Source: Squalus acanthias
Lineage: Eukaryota
Assembly: GCA_030390025.1 (NCBI GenBank)
Contig: CM059432.1
Location: forward strand, 129,644,001-129,708,000
Length of the DNA stretch: 64,000 nucleotides
Direction of reading: 5' to 3'
Positions 25,703 to 39,567 of this stretch are shown in pieces. Positions within the stretch are counted from its first letter, which is position 1, and each line of letters starts with the position of its first letter. The notes under the pieces are model-generated. The model did not search any database. It was not told the origin of the DNA and saw nothing but the letters and a program-made list of their open reading frames with translations. A program made the translations under genes and the position numbers.

Positions 25703-26460
25703 TCATAGAATCATTACAGCACAGAAGGAGGCCATTTGGACCATCATGCCTCTTTGAAAGAGCTGTCCAATTTATTCTCACACCCAGATTTTTCCCCATA
25801 ACTCTGCAAATGAGTCCTATTCAAGTACATGTCCAATTGCCTTTTGAAAGTTTCTATGGAATCTGCTTCCACCGCCCTTTCAGGTATTGCGTCCAGATCT
25901 TAACAACCCATGTGTGAAAAAAAGTCTCCTCATTTCCCATCTAGTTCTTTTGTCAACTATTTTAAATCTATGACCTCTGATTATTACTGACCCACTTGCC
26001 AGAGGAAACAGTTTCTCCCTATTTACTCTATCAAAACTCTTCATTATTTTGAATACCTCTTAGTAGGTCTCTCCTTAACCATCTCTGCTCTAAGGAGAAC
26101 AATCCCAGTTTCTCCAATATCTCCACATAACTGAAGTCCCTCATCCCTGGTATCATCCTGGTAAATCTCCTCTGCACCCTCTCTAAGGCCTTGACATCCT
26201 TCTTAAAGTGTGGTGCCCAGAATTGTACACAATACTCTAGCTGAAGCCTAACCAATGATTTGTAAAGGTTTAGCATGACTTCCTTGCTTTTGTATTCAAT
26301 GCCCCATTTACAAAGCCAATTATCCCATACCCTTTCTTAACCACTTTATCAACTTGCCCTGCCACCTCCAAAGGTGTGTGAATATGTTCCTCTACTCTTG
26401 TACCCCCTTCAAAATAGTACCATTTAGATTACACTGCCTCTCCACATTGTTCCTCCCAAC
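25703..26460 (-). mobile_element. CR1 LINE 3' portion
   Basis: LYKSLVRLQLEYCVQFWAPHFKKDVKALERVQRRFTRMIPG with (atcataga)n tail. Confidence 0.92.
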
Positions 26461-26755
26461 TACTTCATAGAGTTGCATTATTTTGTCTACTTAAGCAGTT
26501 AGGTGGAAGGTTATCAATTGTAAATATATATCTATTATTTGACTGTTTCTTATGTGCTTGTACATCTTTTGTAAAATAAATTTACTTGACATATGTGATG
26601 CTCTGTCACTTTTCAATACTAGAACAAATTCTTATGGAGGCATAAGATAAATCCAGTAGCTAAAAGTAATTATCCAACAGGGGTTTCTGTTTGTTTCCTA
26701 GGCATGTTACCAAAAGCTTATCTAGATCTGAAGCCAAGTTACACACTTCGAAGGT

Positions 26756-26930
26756 ATAAGAATTAGGAGCAGGAGTAGGCCATACGACCCTCTAGCCTGG
26801 CTGATCTTCTACCTCAACTCGACTTTCCTGCCCTATCCCCATATCCCTCGATTCCCTTAGTGCCCAAAAATCTATCAATCTCAGTCTTGAATATATTCAT
26901 CAACTGAGCATCCACAGAGAATTCTAAAGA
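26756..26930 (-). mobile_element. CR1 3' tail fragment
   Basis: ataagaattaggagcaggagtaggccatacgaccc matches the 14963 copy. Confidence 0.8.
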
Positions 26931-27041
26931 TGGAGAGTTGTGATTCACCCATGAGAGTTACGTAAAATACGAGATCTGAAATAATTTAGGAAAAAAATGT
27001 TGGAAAAACTCAAAAAAGGTAATAACTAAGGTAACAATGAT

Positions 27042-27425
27042 GTTAGCTGTGTCTCAGTGGTAGCACTCTCACCTCTAAGTCAGAAGGTCGTGGGTTCAAG
27101 TCCCGGTCCAGAGACTTGAGCACAAAATCTAGGCTAACACTGCAGTGCATTACAAGGGAGCGCTGCACTGTCAGAGGTGCCATCTTTAAGATGAGACATT
27201 AAACTGAGGCTCTATTTGCCCCCTCAGCCAACATCACTAAAAATCAGATTATATGGTCATTATCACATTGCTATTTGTGGCACCTTGCTGTGTGCGAACT
27301 AGCTGCCACATTAGCTTTCCTGCATTACAACAGTGACTACACTTCATAAAGTACTTCATTGGCTGTAAAGCTCTTTAGGACGTCATGAGGTTGTAAAAGG
27401 CGCTATATAAATGCAAGTTCTTTCA
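27042..27425 (+). mobile_element. SacSINE1-like DeuSINE (tRNA head, partial Deu domain, L2 tail)
   Basis: A/B boxes (ctcagtggtagc; gggttcaagtcc), Deu-like gggagcgctgcactgtcagaggtgccatcttt..gatgagacattaaac, and L2-type tail ggcgctatataaatgcaag. Confidence 0.85.
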
Positions 27426-28079
27426 TGAACTTACTCTGTATTGGCCAATTCTACAGTTAAACATCTGTCTACCTTCCCAATACAATTTCAGTTGCTTAAC
27501 TGCCTCCTAATTTCAGTTCACAGCTGATTAATTGGAATAAATTTAGCCTACATTTCAGCCATCAGACTGAAAACAGTATCAGGTTAAAAAACAGCAGGAC
27601 TCACCCAGAATCTTGAATAGTGCACCAACTGCAATTTTCATGCTAGGATTTCCAACATAACAAACAAATCAAAACCTAAAAAAACTTCAAACTTACCCAT
27701 AATATTCTCCTAGTCCTATTGGAAATCTGCCACAATTGACTTCAATGGAAAGTGAAAATTACCACCACTGTGTGTTACATGACAGTATTAAATAGGCATT
27801 GCAAGGAGAGATACTCTGTGCTGACATATAAAGGGAGATTGGGGATTTGTAATTGCTGTAGGTTGAGTTAGCAATTTAAGTGAAGATTTTTGTTACAGGT
27901 TATTTTGACAGCTGCATTTTGCTCAGAATTTGCAATACGGGAATTCCTCTGGGAATCCATGTATTCTCCGGGAAAGAAGCCGAGGAAAGGAGGGAAACCA
28001 GGCAAATGAAATTCCACCTGAGATGGACTTCCCACACTATGTGAAGGCAGAGGCATGCCTACCTTGTTTGAGAAAAATT

Positions 28080-29440
28080 GCCTTTGCAGGCTGCATTTCA
28101 TGTGAGAGGCAGTGACAGGGTTGTGCCATCCTCCATCATTGGCAATGGCTATACGGTCATCAGAGCCCTGAAATTTTATGCTTCATTTCAAGCTGCCATG
28201 TTGGACGTCAGCACCAACAGTCAATCTGCAGTTTCCAGGTGCTCCAAGGAGGTGACTGATGGGTTACTCTTCAGGCCAAACAGTTTTGACAATTTCTCCA
28301 TGGACAACCTGCAACAGAATGAGAGGGCACTGCATTTTTTCACAGGGAAGGATTACCCAAAGTCATGGGCACCTGCATACAATCCCTACTCCTTCATAAT
28401 GGCAAGGGATCCCACTCCATCAACTTATAGGTTGTCATTGGCTGTCAAAATAAGATCATGCCAACAAATGCCTGCTTCCTTTGCCGTTAAATTGCAACCA
28501 AATTTATTTCCCTCCAAATGTTCAGTGCTAATGTGTTCAACTTATTCCAACTGGTGCCTTCCCTTAGTGGTAGTATATGTTTCATGTGTTCTGGTGCCTA
28601 ATCCTGTGCTGCTTCTAGGTGCTCTCACAATGGCTGGAGTAAGTGAGGTAGCTGGCTGCTTGGTCTTAATAGGAACCTTTTGTGATTGAGGAGCTTTATG
28701 CCTCCATGTGGCATGAGATGTCCCTGCAGCTGGCTCCCTCCTTCCGGTAGTCCAGTTCATTTCCTGTCACAGCTTTGGTCATTTGAGGGTGGGCTGAAGA
28801 TGCCACCCTGAGAGAAGCAGCCTCATTGGTGTTTACTCCAGTCATGTCTCTGGTGTTGAATACTCCCTCAGCATTTACGGTGGGGGGTGGGGGGCAGAGT
28901 GGGGTTGTGGCAGAACTTGGGGCAGAAATGAGAGCAGTGAAGCTCTGTTTAATGACAATATGCCTCTGATCCTCTGGCACGTTTAATGTGGAGAAGAGAA
29001 CCTCTTGTACATTAGAGCCCAAGACCACTAGAGGAGTAGACTGAACATTCGTAGGACAAACTCAGACTGGGTTTAGACATCTGCTACTGGGAGCTCTGCT
29101 ATACATGTCCATAGACTTGCCATTGGCTTTTCTAGTTGACCGCAGTGATGAGAGGTTATGATGTATGACTGCACAGATACAGCTAAAGGACTTCTATACC
29201 TTAGACCATGCAAGGTGCTTGGCACATCCTCTAATGACTGCTGGGAATGGTGGTGCCTTGATGCCATTCTTCTTTTAAATTCAGGTCATATGAAGTCAGA
29301 ATCCAAGGGAACTGCAGCTGAAGAAGGATGTGATCTGGTACTCTGCACTGTCACCAATATCTGCTCCCTCTCAATCATGCTCCATGACATTACACAGTGC
29401 ATCTTCTGTAACTCATTTTTGCTGGTGTTTGGAGAATGAG
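28080..29440 (+). mobile_element. Old Harbinger relic (transposase fragment on +, second-gene remnant on -)
   Basis: ALKFYASFQAAMLDVSTNSQSAVSRCSKEVTDGL...QQNERALHF is Harbinger transposase-like. The downstream segment is homologous to 4860-5140. Confidence 0.65.
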
Positions 29441-29544
29441 GATCAAGTGAAGCAGAGTGCTATGAAATGCTGTTTTCTTGGGAGCGACTGGTATGTGACA
29501 CTGAAGGTTGAGAGGTGATCGAGCTGAGGTGTTTAAAATGATTT

Positions 29545-29870
29545 CAATAGGATAGATACACAGAAACTATTTCCTCTGCAGAACAAGGGGGTATAACATT
29601 AAAATTAGAGCTAGGCCATTTAGGAGTGAAATCAGGAGGCACTTTTTCACACAAAGGGTAGTGGAAATCTGGCATGTTCTCCCCAAAAGGCTGTGGATGC
29701 GGGTCAATTGACATTTTCAAGACTGAGATCGATAGACTTTTGTTAGGTAAGGGTATCAAGAGATATGCAGCAATGGTGGGTAAATGGAGTTGAGGTACAG
29801 ATCAGTCATGATCTGATTGAATGCTGGAGCAGGCTGAAGAGACTGAATGGCCTACTCCTGTTCCTATGTA
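29545..29870 (+). mobile_element. CR1 LINE 3' end
   Basis: Degenerate FFTQRVV.IW region and gaatggcctactcctgttcctatg tail. Confidence 0.85.
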
Positions 29871-31077
29871 ATTGCAGCCTCCAATTTGGGTCATAGAAAT
29901 TTTAAAGTAAGTAATGGTTAATCTCAGGACCTGAACAAAGCACTACAGATTGAGCAATGCAGCCGGCAACAAGTTAAGTCCATGTGAAAGTAGAGGATCA
30001 GTTTTTTTTTTACTGCTGAGAAGCCCACACGGGTTGAAAGCAGAGACTAATCTTTCTTGGGGTCTTGCATGCAGGAAGACACTCAAAATAAATTCCTGTT
30101 GCACGAATTACTGGCATGTGGCTTTGGTATAATGTTCTGACCAATGTGTGCTGTATGGAGATGACCATAAGCACATGAGATTAGATATTGCCTTTTCAGA
30201 ATGCCTTCATTATTATTTTCTCAGGTTACTAGGCTATGAAGTATTGATCTGAAAGAGATTTAGAATTGAGTTAACATAGGACTCTACAGCTACAAAGTCT
30301 GATTGGATTCCGTCACTTCAATGAAAGATCCCTCTGAATTAGTGTTTTGGCAGCGGTTGTGTTGCTAGCTCGACTCTTCACCCAGTACAGCTTCTGCACA
30401 GATATACATTGTGCACTGGACCATGTATGAGTACATTGCCACCACCCTGCTGACTCCAGCAATGGATACACCCCATATTCCATCAAGCAGTGGTTCCACC
30501 AGTTGGAAGTGGATGGAGCTTCAGCAGCAGCTGCTTGCCTGTCTACAATCCAATCATGGGTAGGCACCAAACCCTGGATACATAACTACATGTTCCAATA
30601 CAAAGCCTCCAGCTAACACCTTCCAGCAGCCGGAAGGCTCAAAGTTTCATCAGTTATTCAATGGATGTTCTCTTTCAGTGTGTTGGCAGGACTTACAGGA
30701 CAGCTTGTGCTGTGCTAGCTACCTGGATGTGTTTAAACAGTTGTCCTTCACAGTTCAGAAACTATTATGCTTGGAACAGAAAGGCTTTTTTTTAACAACG
30801 TGCGAGATCCAGGACCAAGCTATGAGGTGGATTTGTGGAAACATGATGGAACAGTTGTAGGGAAGAAGGGCTTTGGCCTCCACTGACCTGTCACTGACCA
30901 TCCTGGGGGGTGGGGTGTGGGGGGGGGGGCGGTCAGCTTCATGGTGATTATATCTATTTGCAAAGCCCTTCACATGAGGACCTGAATTATGCTGTTGGTG
31001 ATGAGTAAGACTAGCATACAGTATGGGAGATTTAAGTCATTTAAATAACAGTCTTACTTGCACTAAGGAGCAAGAAC

Positions 31078-31575
31078 TACATAGGATTACACAGGATATA
31101 CGGCACAGAAACAGGCCATTCGGCCCAACCAGTCCATGCTAGCATTTATGCTCCACTCGAACCTCCTCCTGTCTTTCCTCATCTAAATCTATTAGCATAA
31201 CCCTCGATTCCCTTTTCCCTCATATGCTTATCTAGCCTCCCCTGAAATGCATCTATACTATTCGCTTCAACCACTCCCTGTGGTAGCGAGTTCAACATTA
31301 TCACCACTCTCTGGGTAAAGAAGTTTCTTCTGAATATTGGATTTCTTGGTGACTATCTTATATTGATGGCCTCTAGTTATGCTCTTCCCCACAAGTGGAA
31401 ACAGTCTCTGTGTGTCTATTCTATCAAAACCTTTCATAATTTTAAAGACCTCAATTAGGCCACCCCTCAGGCTTCTTTTTTCAAGCGAAAAGAGACCCAG
31501 CCTGTTCATCCTTTCCTGATAGGTATACCCTCGCACTTCTGGTATCATCCTTGTAATTCTTCTCTGCACCCTCCG
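31078..31575 (-). mobile_element. CR1 LINE 3' end (different tail subfamily)
   Basis: VQRRITRMIPEVRGYTYQERMNRLGLFSLEKRSLRGGLIEVFKIMKG. Confidence 0.9.
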
Positions 31576-31914
31576 TTTTACTTTCAAGAACTGCTGGCTG
31601 TATATATTTGCATTTGTAGGGCCTCATCTTAACTGTTTCACTTTTTGTGTTGGTCAAATTGCAGGAGATAGTAGAGTTGAAATTCCGTTGGGTTGCCACC
31701 TGAGTTACAATGGGAGTCCGGTGAAACCTGAGCAGAATTTCAGCCCCAGTGTTTTGGAAACACTTTCCAGGTTATGCTGTTGGTTGCGCAGAAAGGCAAA
31801 CTACCTCTACTAACCCAAGACAACGTGGCTCTAACCTAGCTCCAGAAAAGTGTTCCCGAATACACCAATGCAGCATAAACTATCCCACTTCCCATATCTT
31901 ATATTCTGTGATGT

Positions 31915-32084
31915 ATTCAAGACAGAGATCGATTGATTTTTGGATATTAAGGGAATCAAGGGATATGGGGATAGTGCAAGAAAGTGGAGTTGAGGTAGAA
32001 GATCAGCCATGATCTTATTGAATGGTGGAGCAGGCTCGAGGGGCCAAATGGCCTACTCCTGCTCCTATTTCTTCTGTTCTTATG
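31915..32084 (+). mobile_element. CR1 3' tail fragment
   Basis: gatcagccatgatcttattgaatggtggagcaggctcgaggggccaaatggcctactcctgctcc. Confidence 0.85.
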
Positions 32085-33679
32085 TGATCTCACTGAAGGA
32101 GATTGGAGAACATAGTGCAAGACGTGTAGATTGGCCCTGTGAGCTTGTATTTTTGTTGTGAATTGGAATAAGAGAAGGCACCTAAGTCTTTCCTAGATAC
32201 AATGCAATTTCAGAAGCAGAGGTCACAGATGAAGTGGGATTCCTGCTCCATCACAGAGTGGGTCTGAGGATATTCATTTCCTCCCCACCACCACCTTTTG
32301 ATAAAAAGGGCTTTCACTCTCCAAACCTGGTGACTGATTTGGGCTTGAGATAAAAGTCTTTCCCATCTGTCAGGCCTAGATTCAAACTCGCAACTGATAG
32401 GTAAATCTCTGGGCCTTTTAGTGGTCTAATGGGTTCACAGGTTTATCACTGGAATTTATTTCCTGTGCATAACGACAATAGTGCATCAGGGCAGGATCGC
32501 CTAATTTGAATAATTCTGCTTCGCTTGTCCATAGCAGTACGGGTGGAACTTGGGTCTCTGCAGGGGAAGAAGGGGAGTTCTCTTTAGATTGGTTGAAACC
32601 ATTTTATTAGTTTCATCTATGCTAAGAAACAGGGGTAGGAATCACACCTTTTGGGCTTTAATTTCATTGCCTCAAGATGCAGGATTTTTGCATAACTGGA
32701 ACCTGAACTCAAAATCTGAATTTATCTAAATGTTCAGCTCTGATAAATCTAAAGGTGAAGCCTCAAGTTAATTTGGAATTCAGGCTCTAACTTGATTTAG
32801 GAGGGTTTGAAAATTGAGGTGCTCCAAAGCTAAATCCAAACTTGAATTTTTACAAGTTGTGGTACACAAGGTAGAATTGTGGCTGCTCTAACCTAACTCT
32901 ATTATAGATGAAATGTATAATGTTATAGAATAGTTCCACTTATGTGAAGAAACATTGGTTAGAGCCAATGCCATTTTACTTTTAGAGAATGCATTGGTAT
33001 CATGAAGCTTTACAATTGAGAAAGAGACATATGCACTCTCCCTACCAAGGAATGAATGAATATATACCGATCATTGGATTACATATCCCTCTCCCAGATA
33101 AACTAACTGGGATTGGACATAACAATAGAAGATACTGAAATGGTATTTATCTTTATTGCAAGTGCTTCTCATCACAAATAGCAATCATTCACCCAAAAAA
33201 CAGTGTGATCATTTAGAAGCATGTAGCACATGGATGTTACCACTTTTTCTTCTATTATCTTACTCAAATGTCTAAATATTTGTATATTTAGGAAATTAAG
33301 CCAAACAAGATTAAATTTGTGCATTTCCAGATCAGAACTTATTTTACCATGTTATTATGCATAGCTTATTGGCAGTGTTCTTTGGTAGAATCATAGAATC
33401 ATACTATAATGTACCCATGTGGGTAAATTGAAAGCAATACCTGTTTTGTCTTGGTTGCACCCAAAGTGGTTTATGCAGACCATTACTCATTGTAGGCCTA
33501 CTGGAATCTGCTGCACAAAGTGTCTCAAGAAGAGTCTTATTTATTTTGTGATTTGCAAACCTAGTTATATTAGTAATGTGAAGGGCTCTGGTTTGTAAAT
33601 GGCAGCATACGCAGGGCAATATAGTGGCTGAGAATTACTAGGATGTGAATAAGTATCAATACATGGAGATCACTACAGT

Positions 33680-33965
33680 AACAACAATGACAACATGTAT
33701 TTATATAGTGCCTTTAACATAATAAAACATCCCAAGGTGCTTCACAGGAGCGTTATCAAACAAAATTTGACACCAAGCCACATAAAGAGATATTAGGACA
33801 GGTGACCAAAAGCTTGGTCAAAGAGGTAGGTTTTAAGGAGCGACTTAAAAGAGAGGAGAGAAGTAGCGAGGCGGAGAGGTTTAGGGAGGGAATTCCAGAG
33901 CTTTGGGCCTAGGCAGCTGAAGGCACGGCCACCGATGGTGGGGCGAAGGAAATCAGGGCTGCACA
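33680..33965 (-). mobile_element. L2 LINE 3' tail
   Basis: GGRAFSCLGPKLWNSLPKPL...LKTYLFDQAF plus (caa)n tail. Confidence 0.9.
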
Positions 33966-35075
33966 AATAGATCATTCTACTCAGTCCTCATTGTTCCTTT
34001 GCAAAAACAATATGCGTCTGATATTTTATGCCTTTCAGTTCCATGAGAAGCATATAGTCAAAGTACTTCTCACTTTGTAACAGTTAAACCTTTTCCTTGG
34101 AAATAACTGGCTCCAGAGAAGAACAAATCTTCAGAAGCCTCACTTTTTGGTATTTCCATGGGCAGTGCCTGCTAAACGAATTCACTACTCTTCCCAAGTG
34201 ATGTAAATGAAATAGCTCTGCAAGAAGCGCAGCATTCCTCAATAAGTCACAGGACAATTTCTCAAGAAATCGATGATTATTGCAGTGCTGAGAGAGATTT
34301 TACCAGTCATTGCTTTTTGGAAAATATTTTTTTTCCCTCGTGGAGCTTTTAATGTTTTTGCCTGACATGATTGGTAGTTCACATTGATTTTGCAGGGAAA
34401 ATACTTTAGTTTCCCATGAATATTTTTTAAAAGCGATCGTGTTGGAAATTGTTCAGGCCATATTTCAATTTTTTTTCCATCTCTTAAAAAAGCTAAAAAG
34501 GGCCGAGCTTATCAGAGAATTCGTGTAAAGATAGAATTTATTACTTTCAGAGTGACAAAGGACAAACAGGTTCACACCAGCACTAGCTCACCCTCAGCTG
34601 TTGTTATCAAGCAATATCCTGATGTCATTTCATATGTGTATATATAAGGTCCTTTCAATTCACCCACACAAATAATGTTTAATTAGTTATGTGTATTTGT
34701 TTCACTCATCAGACAAGGGATGCTGGTACTGGGCAATGGATCACTTTCCCATTTAAGGCATTACAGTTACAGCATCAAGCGTCTCAGACAATGGCAAACT
34801 AATCCCTGCTCTATTCTGATCAACAATGTACCTTAGCCCCACCCTCGCACGAGCCCCCCTCTACTTCTCACAGTAGCCTCCTTGAGGCTTCTCTGAACAA
34901 GATGACCAAATTGGGGCAGTTCTGTGCTGTGTAGCCGTGCCGACAAGGAACCGGGATGAAACTCATATTGTGAAGGAATTCTACAGTCAACATTTGCTCC
35001 ATTAGTCTAGGCTGGATTCAATCCCAGAATTGAAAGTACTTTGTGCTAACATCTCCCATCACACAGTCACATCTT

Positions 35076-35741
35076 GGGGGAGGATTTCGACGAGATATAG
35101 ATGCCCCCCCCCCCCCCGCCCCGATCGAAATGTGCATCCAGAGGTGTCGGCGAGAGGTTTGAGCCAAATTCAGCATCGGGCCTCATTTTGAATTAAACCA
35201 GCGAGCAGCCAATCGAGCGTCTCGATGCAACTTGCCGGTCAGGGCCTTAGGAATTCTGGCCGGCTCCGATGCCGAGCCAGCCCGCAGGTGGGTCCTGGCG
35301 GAAGGGGGATAAAGCGGAATTGGGGTGGTGAAACCAGGCCAGCAGCGGCTGTAGTATTTTTGTGGAGTCAGGATGGCATCACAGAAATGTAACTGTTAAA
35401 AAGTTTGTGTGGCCTTCAGTGGTCTCTTTAAGGACCCCTGGTTAGACCGCTCAAGCCCAGAACAACTGGAAGGAGCACGTGTGGCACAAACTCTACCCAT
35501 TTGTAGATGAATTTAAATCGGGGTCCTAAAGCCAGCGTTATGATTCCGATTGGCCTTTGCAGGGTGCCTAATGCCTGTTTCAGGCGGGCGCCCTGCACAC
35601 CTAGAAGTTGCTGGCTTCCAATTTGGCAGCCGCCACACTTCTGGGCAAGATTGGGTGGCGGGAGATCGTGACCTGAAACTCGTCCCCTATCCTTCATTTT
35701 TCTACCAAAAAATAAGCTAAATGATGTTCAATTTCTACCCC
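35076..35741. mobile_element. Harbinger-like MITE
   Basis: Termini GGGGGAGGATTT / AATTTCTACCCC with a GC-rich interior. Confidence 0.55.
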
Positions 35742-35799
35742 ATTGTGTGGTGAATCTGCTCTGTTCTTCATTGAAGTACTGACTTTTGTGTTTAAAACT

Positions 35800-37490
35800 T
35801 CTTGTCTTCACAGTAGAGGAAGTGGATAACATGCCTGACACTCCAGGGAAACTAATAATGAATCAAGGATTGGAAATCACTAAGGTTAACGTAAGCAAGG
35901 TAACAGTATTAGAAAAAATAATGGCACTACAGAGTGACAAATCCCCAGGACCTGATGGTTTCCACCCAACGTAGGTGAGGAAATTACAGATGCTTTAGCC
36001 ATAATCTTCCAAAGCTCAGGAATTGTCCCTTTAGATTAGAAAATTGCAAATGTAACTAACTCCTTTATTTAAGAAAGGTGGAAGAAAGAAACCAAGAAAT
36101 TATAGACCTGTTAGTCTAGCATCTGTTATGGGGAAGTTATTCCAATCTATAATTAAGGACAGAGTGACTGAGCACTTAGAGAAATTTAAGCCGATTAGAG
36201 AGAGCCAACACAGATTTGTAAAGGGTAGGTCATGTCTAACAAACTTAATTGAATTTTTTGAGGAAGTAACTAAACTAGTAGATAGGGGAATTTCTATGGA
36301 TGTAGTTTATATGGACTTCCGGATGGCATTCAACAAGCTTCCACATAAGAGATTGTTAGCTAAAATTAAAGCTCATGGAATTGAAGGCAAATTATTGACC
36401 TGGTTAGAAGATCAGTTAGGCAGTAAAAGACAGAGAGTAGGGATAATGAGTATGTTCTCAAATTGGAAGGAAGTGACTAGTGGTGTCCCACAAGGGTCTG
36501 TGCTGGGGCCTCAACTATTCACTATATTTATGAATGCCTTAGATAACACAATAGAGAGCCATATATCCAAGTTTGCCAGTGATACAAAGATTGGTGGTAG
36601 TATAGACAGGGACATAAAATTACAAAGAGACATAGATAGAATAAGTGAGTGGGCAAAACTGTGGCAGATGGATTTCAACACAGGTAAGTGTGAGGTCATC
36701 TATTTTGGACCAAAAAAGGATAGATCCAAGTATTATTTAAATGGTGAAAAGCTAGGAACAGTGGAGGTCCAAAGAGATTTAGGGGTCCATGCACACAGAT
36801 CACTAAAATGTAGTAGTCAGGTCCAAAATATAATCAAAAAAGGCTAATGGAATGTTAGCCTTTACAACTAGAGGGCTAGAATATAAAAGGGAGTACGTTT
36901 TGCTACAGCTATACAAAGCCTTGGTTAGACCACATCTGGAGTACTGTGTACAGTTCTAGGCACCGCACCTTAGAAAGGATATATTGGTCTTGGAAGGAGT
37001 GCAGCGGAGATTCATCAGAATGTTCCTAGGGCTCCAAAGGCTAAATTATGAGGAGAGATTGCATAAATTAGGCTTGTATTCCCTGGAATATAGACGATTA
37101 AGGGGTGATTTGATTGAGGTTTTTAGGATTTTAACAGGAATTGATAGGGTAGATAGAGAGAAACCTTTTTCCACTAGTAGGGGAGTCTAGGACAAGGCGA
37201 CATAACCGTAAAATCAGAGCCAGGCCGTTCAGGAGAGAAGTTAAGAAACATTTCTTCACACAAAGGGTGGTAGAAGTGTGAAACTCTCTCCCACAAAACA
37301 CAATAGATGCTAGCTCAATTAGTAATTTATAGATTGATAGATTTTTGCTAGCCAAGGGTGTTCAGGGATATGGAGCCGAGGCGAGTAGATGGAGTTAGGA
37401 TACAGATCAGCCATGATCTCATTGAATGGCGGAACAGGCACGAGGGGCTGAATGGCCTACTCCAGCTCCTATCTTCCTATGTTCCTATGT
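35800..37490 (+). mobile_element. CR1 LINE, 5'-truncated, decayed RT plus 3' end
   Basis: KSPGPDGFHP, GRSCLTNLIEFFEEVT, VYMDF, SGVPQGSVLGP, a degenerate FASDTK catalytic motif and (ttcctatg)n tail. Stops and frameshifts are present. Confidence 0.95.
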
Positions 37491-37802
37491 TGTCACAATT
37501 TTTGAGTAACACTTTTATGTCAACACTATAATGGAAACTGCTTATGTAACTATTCAGAATAGGAATTCTTATATAAACAATTGTAAAGAATACAGTTGCA
37601 GGCCTCCCACCAGTACTGTTGCTGTGGGTGCAAGTCACCCAGCTCCGTTGGTTTTTTCTATTGGGTAAATTCATTTTACAATGTAATTTATTTTAATATA
37701 TAGTTTCTTATGTCCTGCCTCTGCCCCCTTCCCTAGTCCTCCTGGTCACAATGCCCACTCTGTCCTGCTCTTAACAAATTTCCCCAGCTCCTTCCACCAC
37801 TC

Positions 37803-37915
37803 ATACAGCACTGAAGGAGGCCATTCGGCCCATCGTGCCTGTGCCGGCTCTTTGAAAGAGCTATCCAATTAGTCCCACTCCTCTGCTCTTTCCCCATAGC
37901 CCTGCAATTTTTTTC
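37803..37915 (-). mobile_element. CR1 3' tail fragment
   Basis: gaaggaggccattcggcccatcgtgcctgtgccggctctttgaaagagc matches the 25.7 kb tail. Confidence 0.8.
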
Positions 37916-39149
37916 CTGCTCTCTTCTGCACTTCTTAGGCCTCTGCCACTCACAGCCCTACTTTCCATTCTCTTCCAGCTCTACTGCTGCACAGCATTTG
38001 AATTCATTATCAGGCCCTGTGCCTCCACTTACTCCTACTTTTACTTTGGCCCCACCAGCCACTTCAGCCAACGTACAAATCACCGCTCTGGGAGAGAGGT
38101 CCATGCAGACGAGACAGATCAAAGCTGCCTCAATTTCAAATCTATATTGGACCCTGCTACCTGTCTCCTCTTCCCCTTCGTCAACTCTACTGTCCATTCC
38201 ACCCACCAAATTAAAAATCACTGCCTCAGGAAAGATGTCCATACCACAAGAGACAGGCCAGATCACACAGCGAAATACAGGTTCTCAGGAGGAAACGAGC
38301 CACCACGAAAAACACGTATAGACAGAGATACAGAACACAAAGGGAAAGAGAGCAAAAACAGGGCAAGGAAGACAGATTAATTTAAAATATCAGGAGCCAA
38401 AGAGATATTAGTGCGAGAGAAAGAGTCACAAAAATAGCTGACAAAGATAGCACAACTAAATAAAAGAAATCAACAAAACAGAGAGAGATTGATAAAGCAA
38501 TATCAGAGAGACAGAAGGTGCAAATAGATGCATCAGGGACACAGACCAGCCACAAAAGAGTCCCTATGCAATTCCCTCTGACTAACCATGATCAACACTA
38601 TTGGACGTCCACTATTTTATATGACGCAAGGTATGTTTACATTATACATAATGGGAAAATGCTACAATTTCAGGTTTACGCAGAAACCATCTCTCTCAAC
38701 GGCATAACAGCAATTCCGGTAATTAAGCTGCAAGTCCATTATTATCCAGAAGCTGCACCCTTTCTATAGTCTACTGTCTCAGGAATCAGTACCTGAAGGG
38801 TTAACAAATATCCTACTTGCAGTAATCTGCTTACTGGATTTAGCATAGTCTCACACTATGCTACCAAATTCTCTTTGAAATAGCAGCTTTTAGCATGTAG
38901 ACTAGAGGTTAACCACATAAATAATTAATACCTTTAGTTACAATTAATTAAAAGTAAGAAGCAGGAAAATTGGCAAATGCTTAAAGTACATTAGCACTGA
39001 TTGTCCTCTCCCGCACTGCCAACAGCGAGTGGTGCATGCGGGGAGCACATGGTGAGAAATCACTGGCGTAGAAACACACAACTAACATGAGCTGGGCAAT
39101 ATTTTGAGTGGCATGATTTGTTTGCCTTCTCCTTTCATTTGTAGCTAGA

Positions 39150-39230
39150 TATCCAGATCAGCCATGATCTAATTGAATGGCGGAACAGGCGCGAGGGGTT
39201 GAATGGCCTACTCCTGTTCCGACGTTCCTA
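39150..39230 (+). mobile_element. CR1 3' tail fragment
   Basis: cagatcagccatgatctaattgaatggcggaacaggcgcgagggg matches 37400-37465. Confidence 0.8.
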
Positions 39231-39567
39231 GCTGTTGCTGTCTGTCCACTTTTGACCATTTCAAATAGGTGCTAATGGAGAGGTCCTATTAAAATAAAAC
39301 AATTTTTACTGCCTGGGCCTTACTGCCCCTGTTTTCTGTACAGCTGTTCAGGAGTTCCAGTCGCATTAAGTGGAGGGCCCAAATTCAAATATTTTGGCAG
39401 CCCTCATGAGACTTGTGCACAATTTACGCACAAAACAGCTGCATCGGGCTGCACTCATCCTGCCTGGTGTTTAAGGTTTTATGCCGCAATGCCCAACAAT
39501 AAGAGCAGTGAGCGGCTGCAATGGCATCATCAATCCTATTGTCTGCAGGCTCTTAATTGACCTACTG

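Noticed and set aside
26702..26753. Possible 52-bp exon (tttcctAG...AAG/GT)
   Set aside because: The donor is weak and overlaps a CR1 tail, the peptide is unrecognisable, and there are no partner exons. RNA-seq would be needed.
38290..38525. Purine-rich tract (also 16580-16770) as coding or structured RNA
   Set aside because: Low-complexity GA-rich sequence with no recognisable domain or fold.
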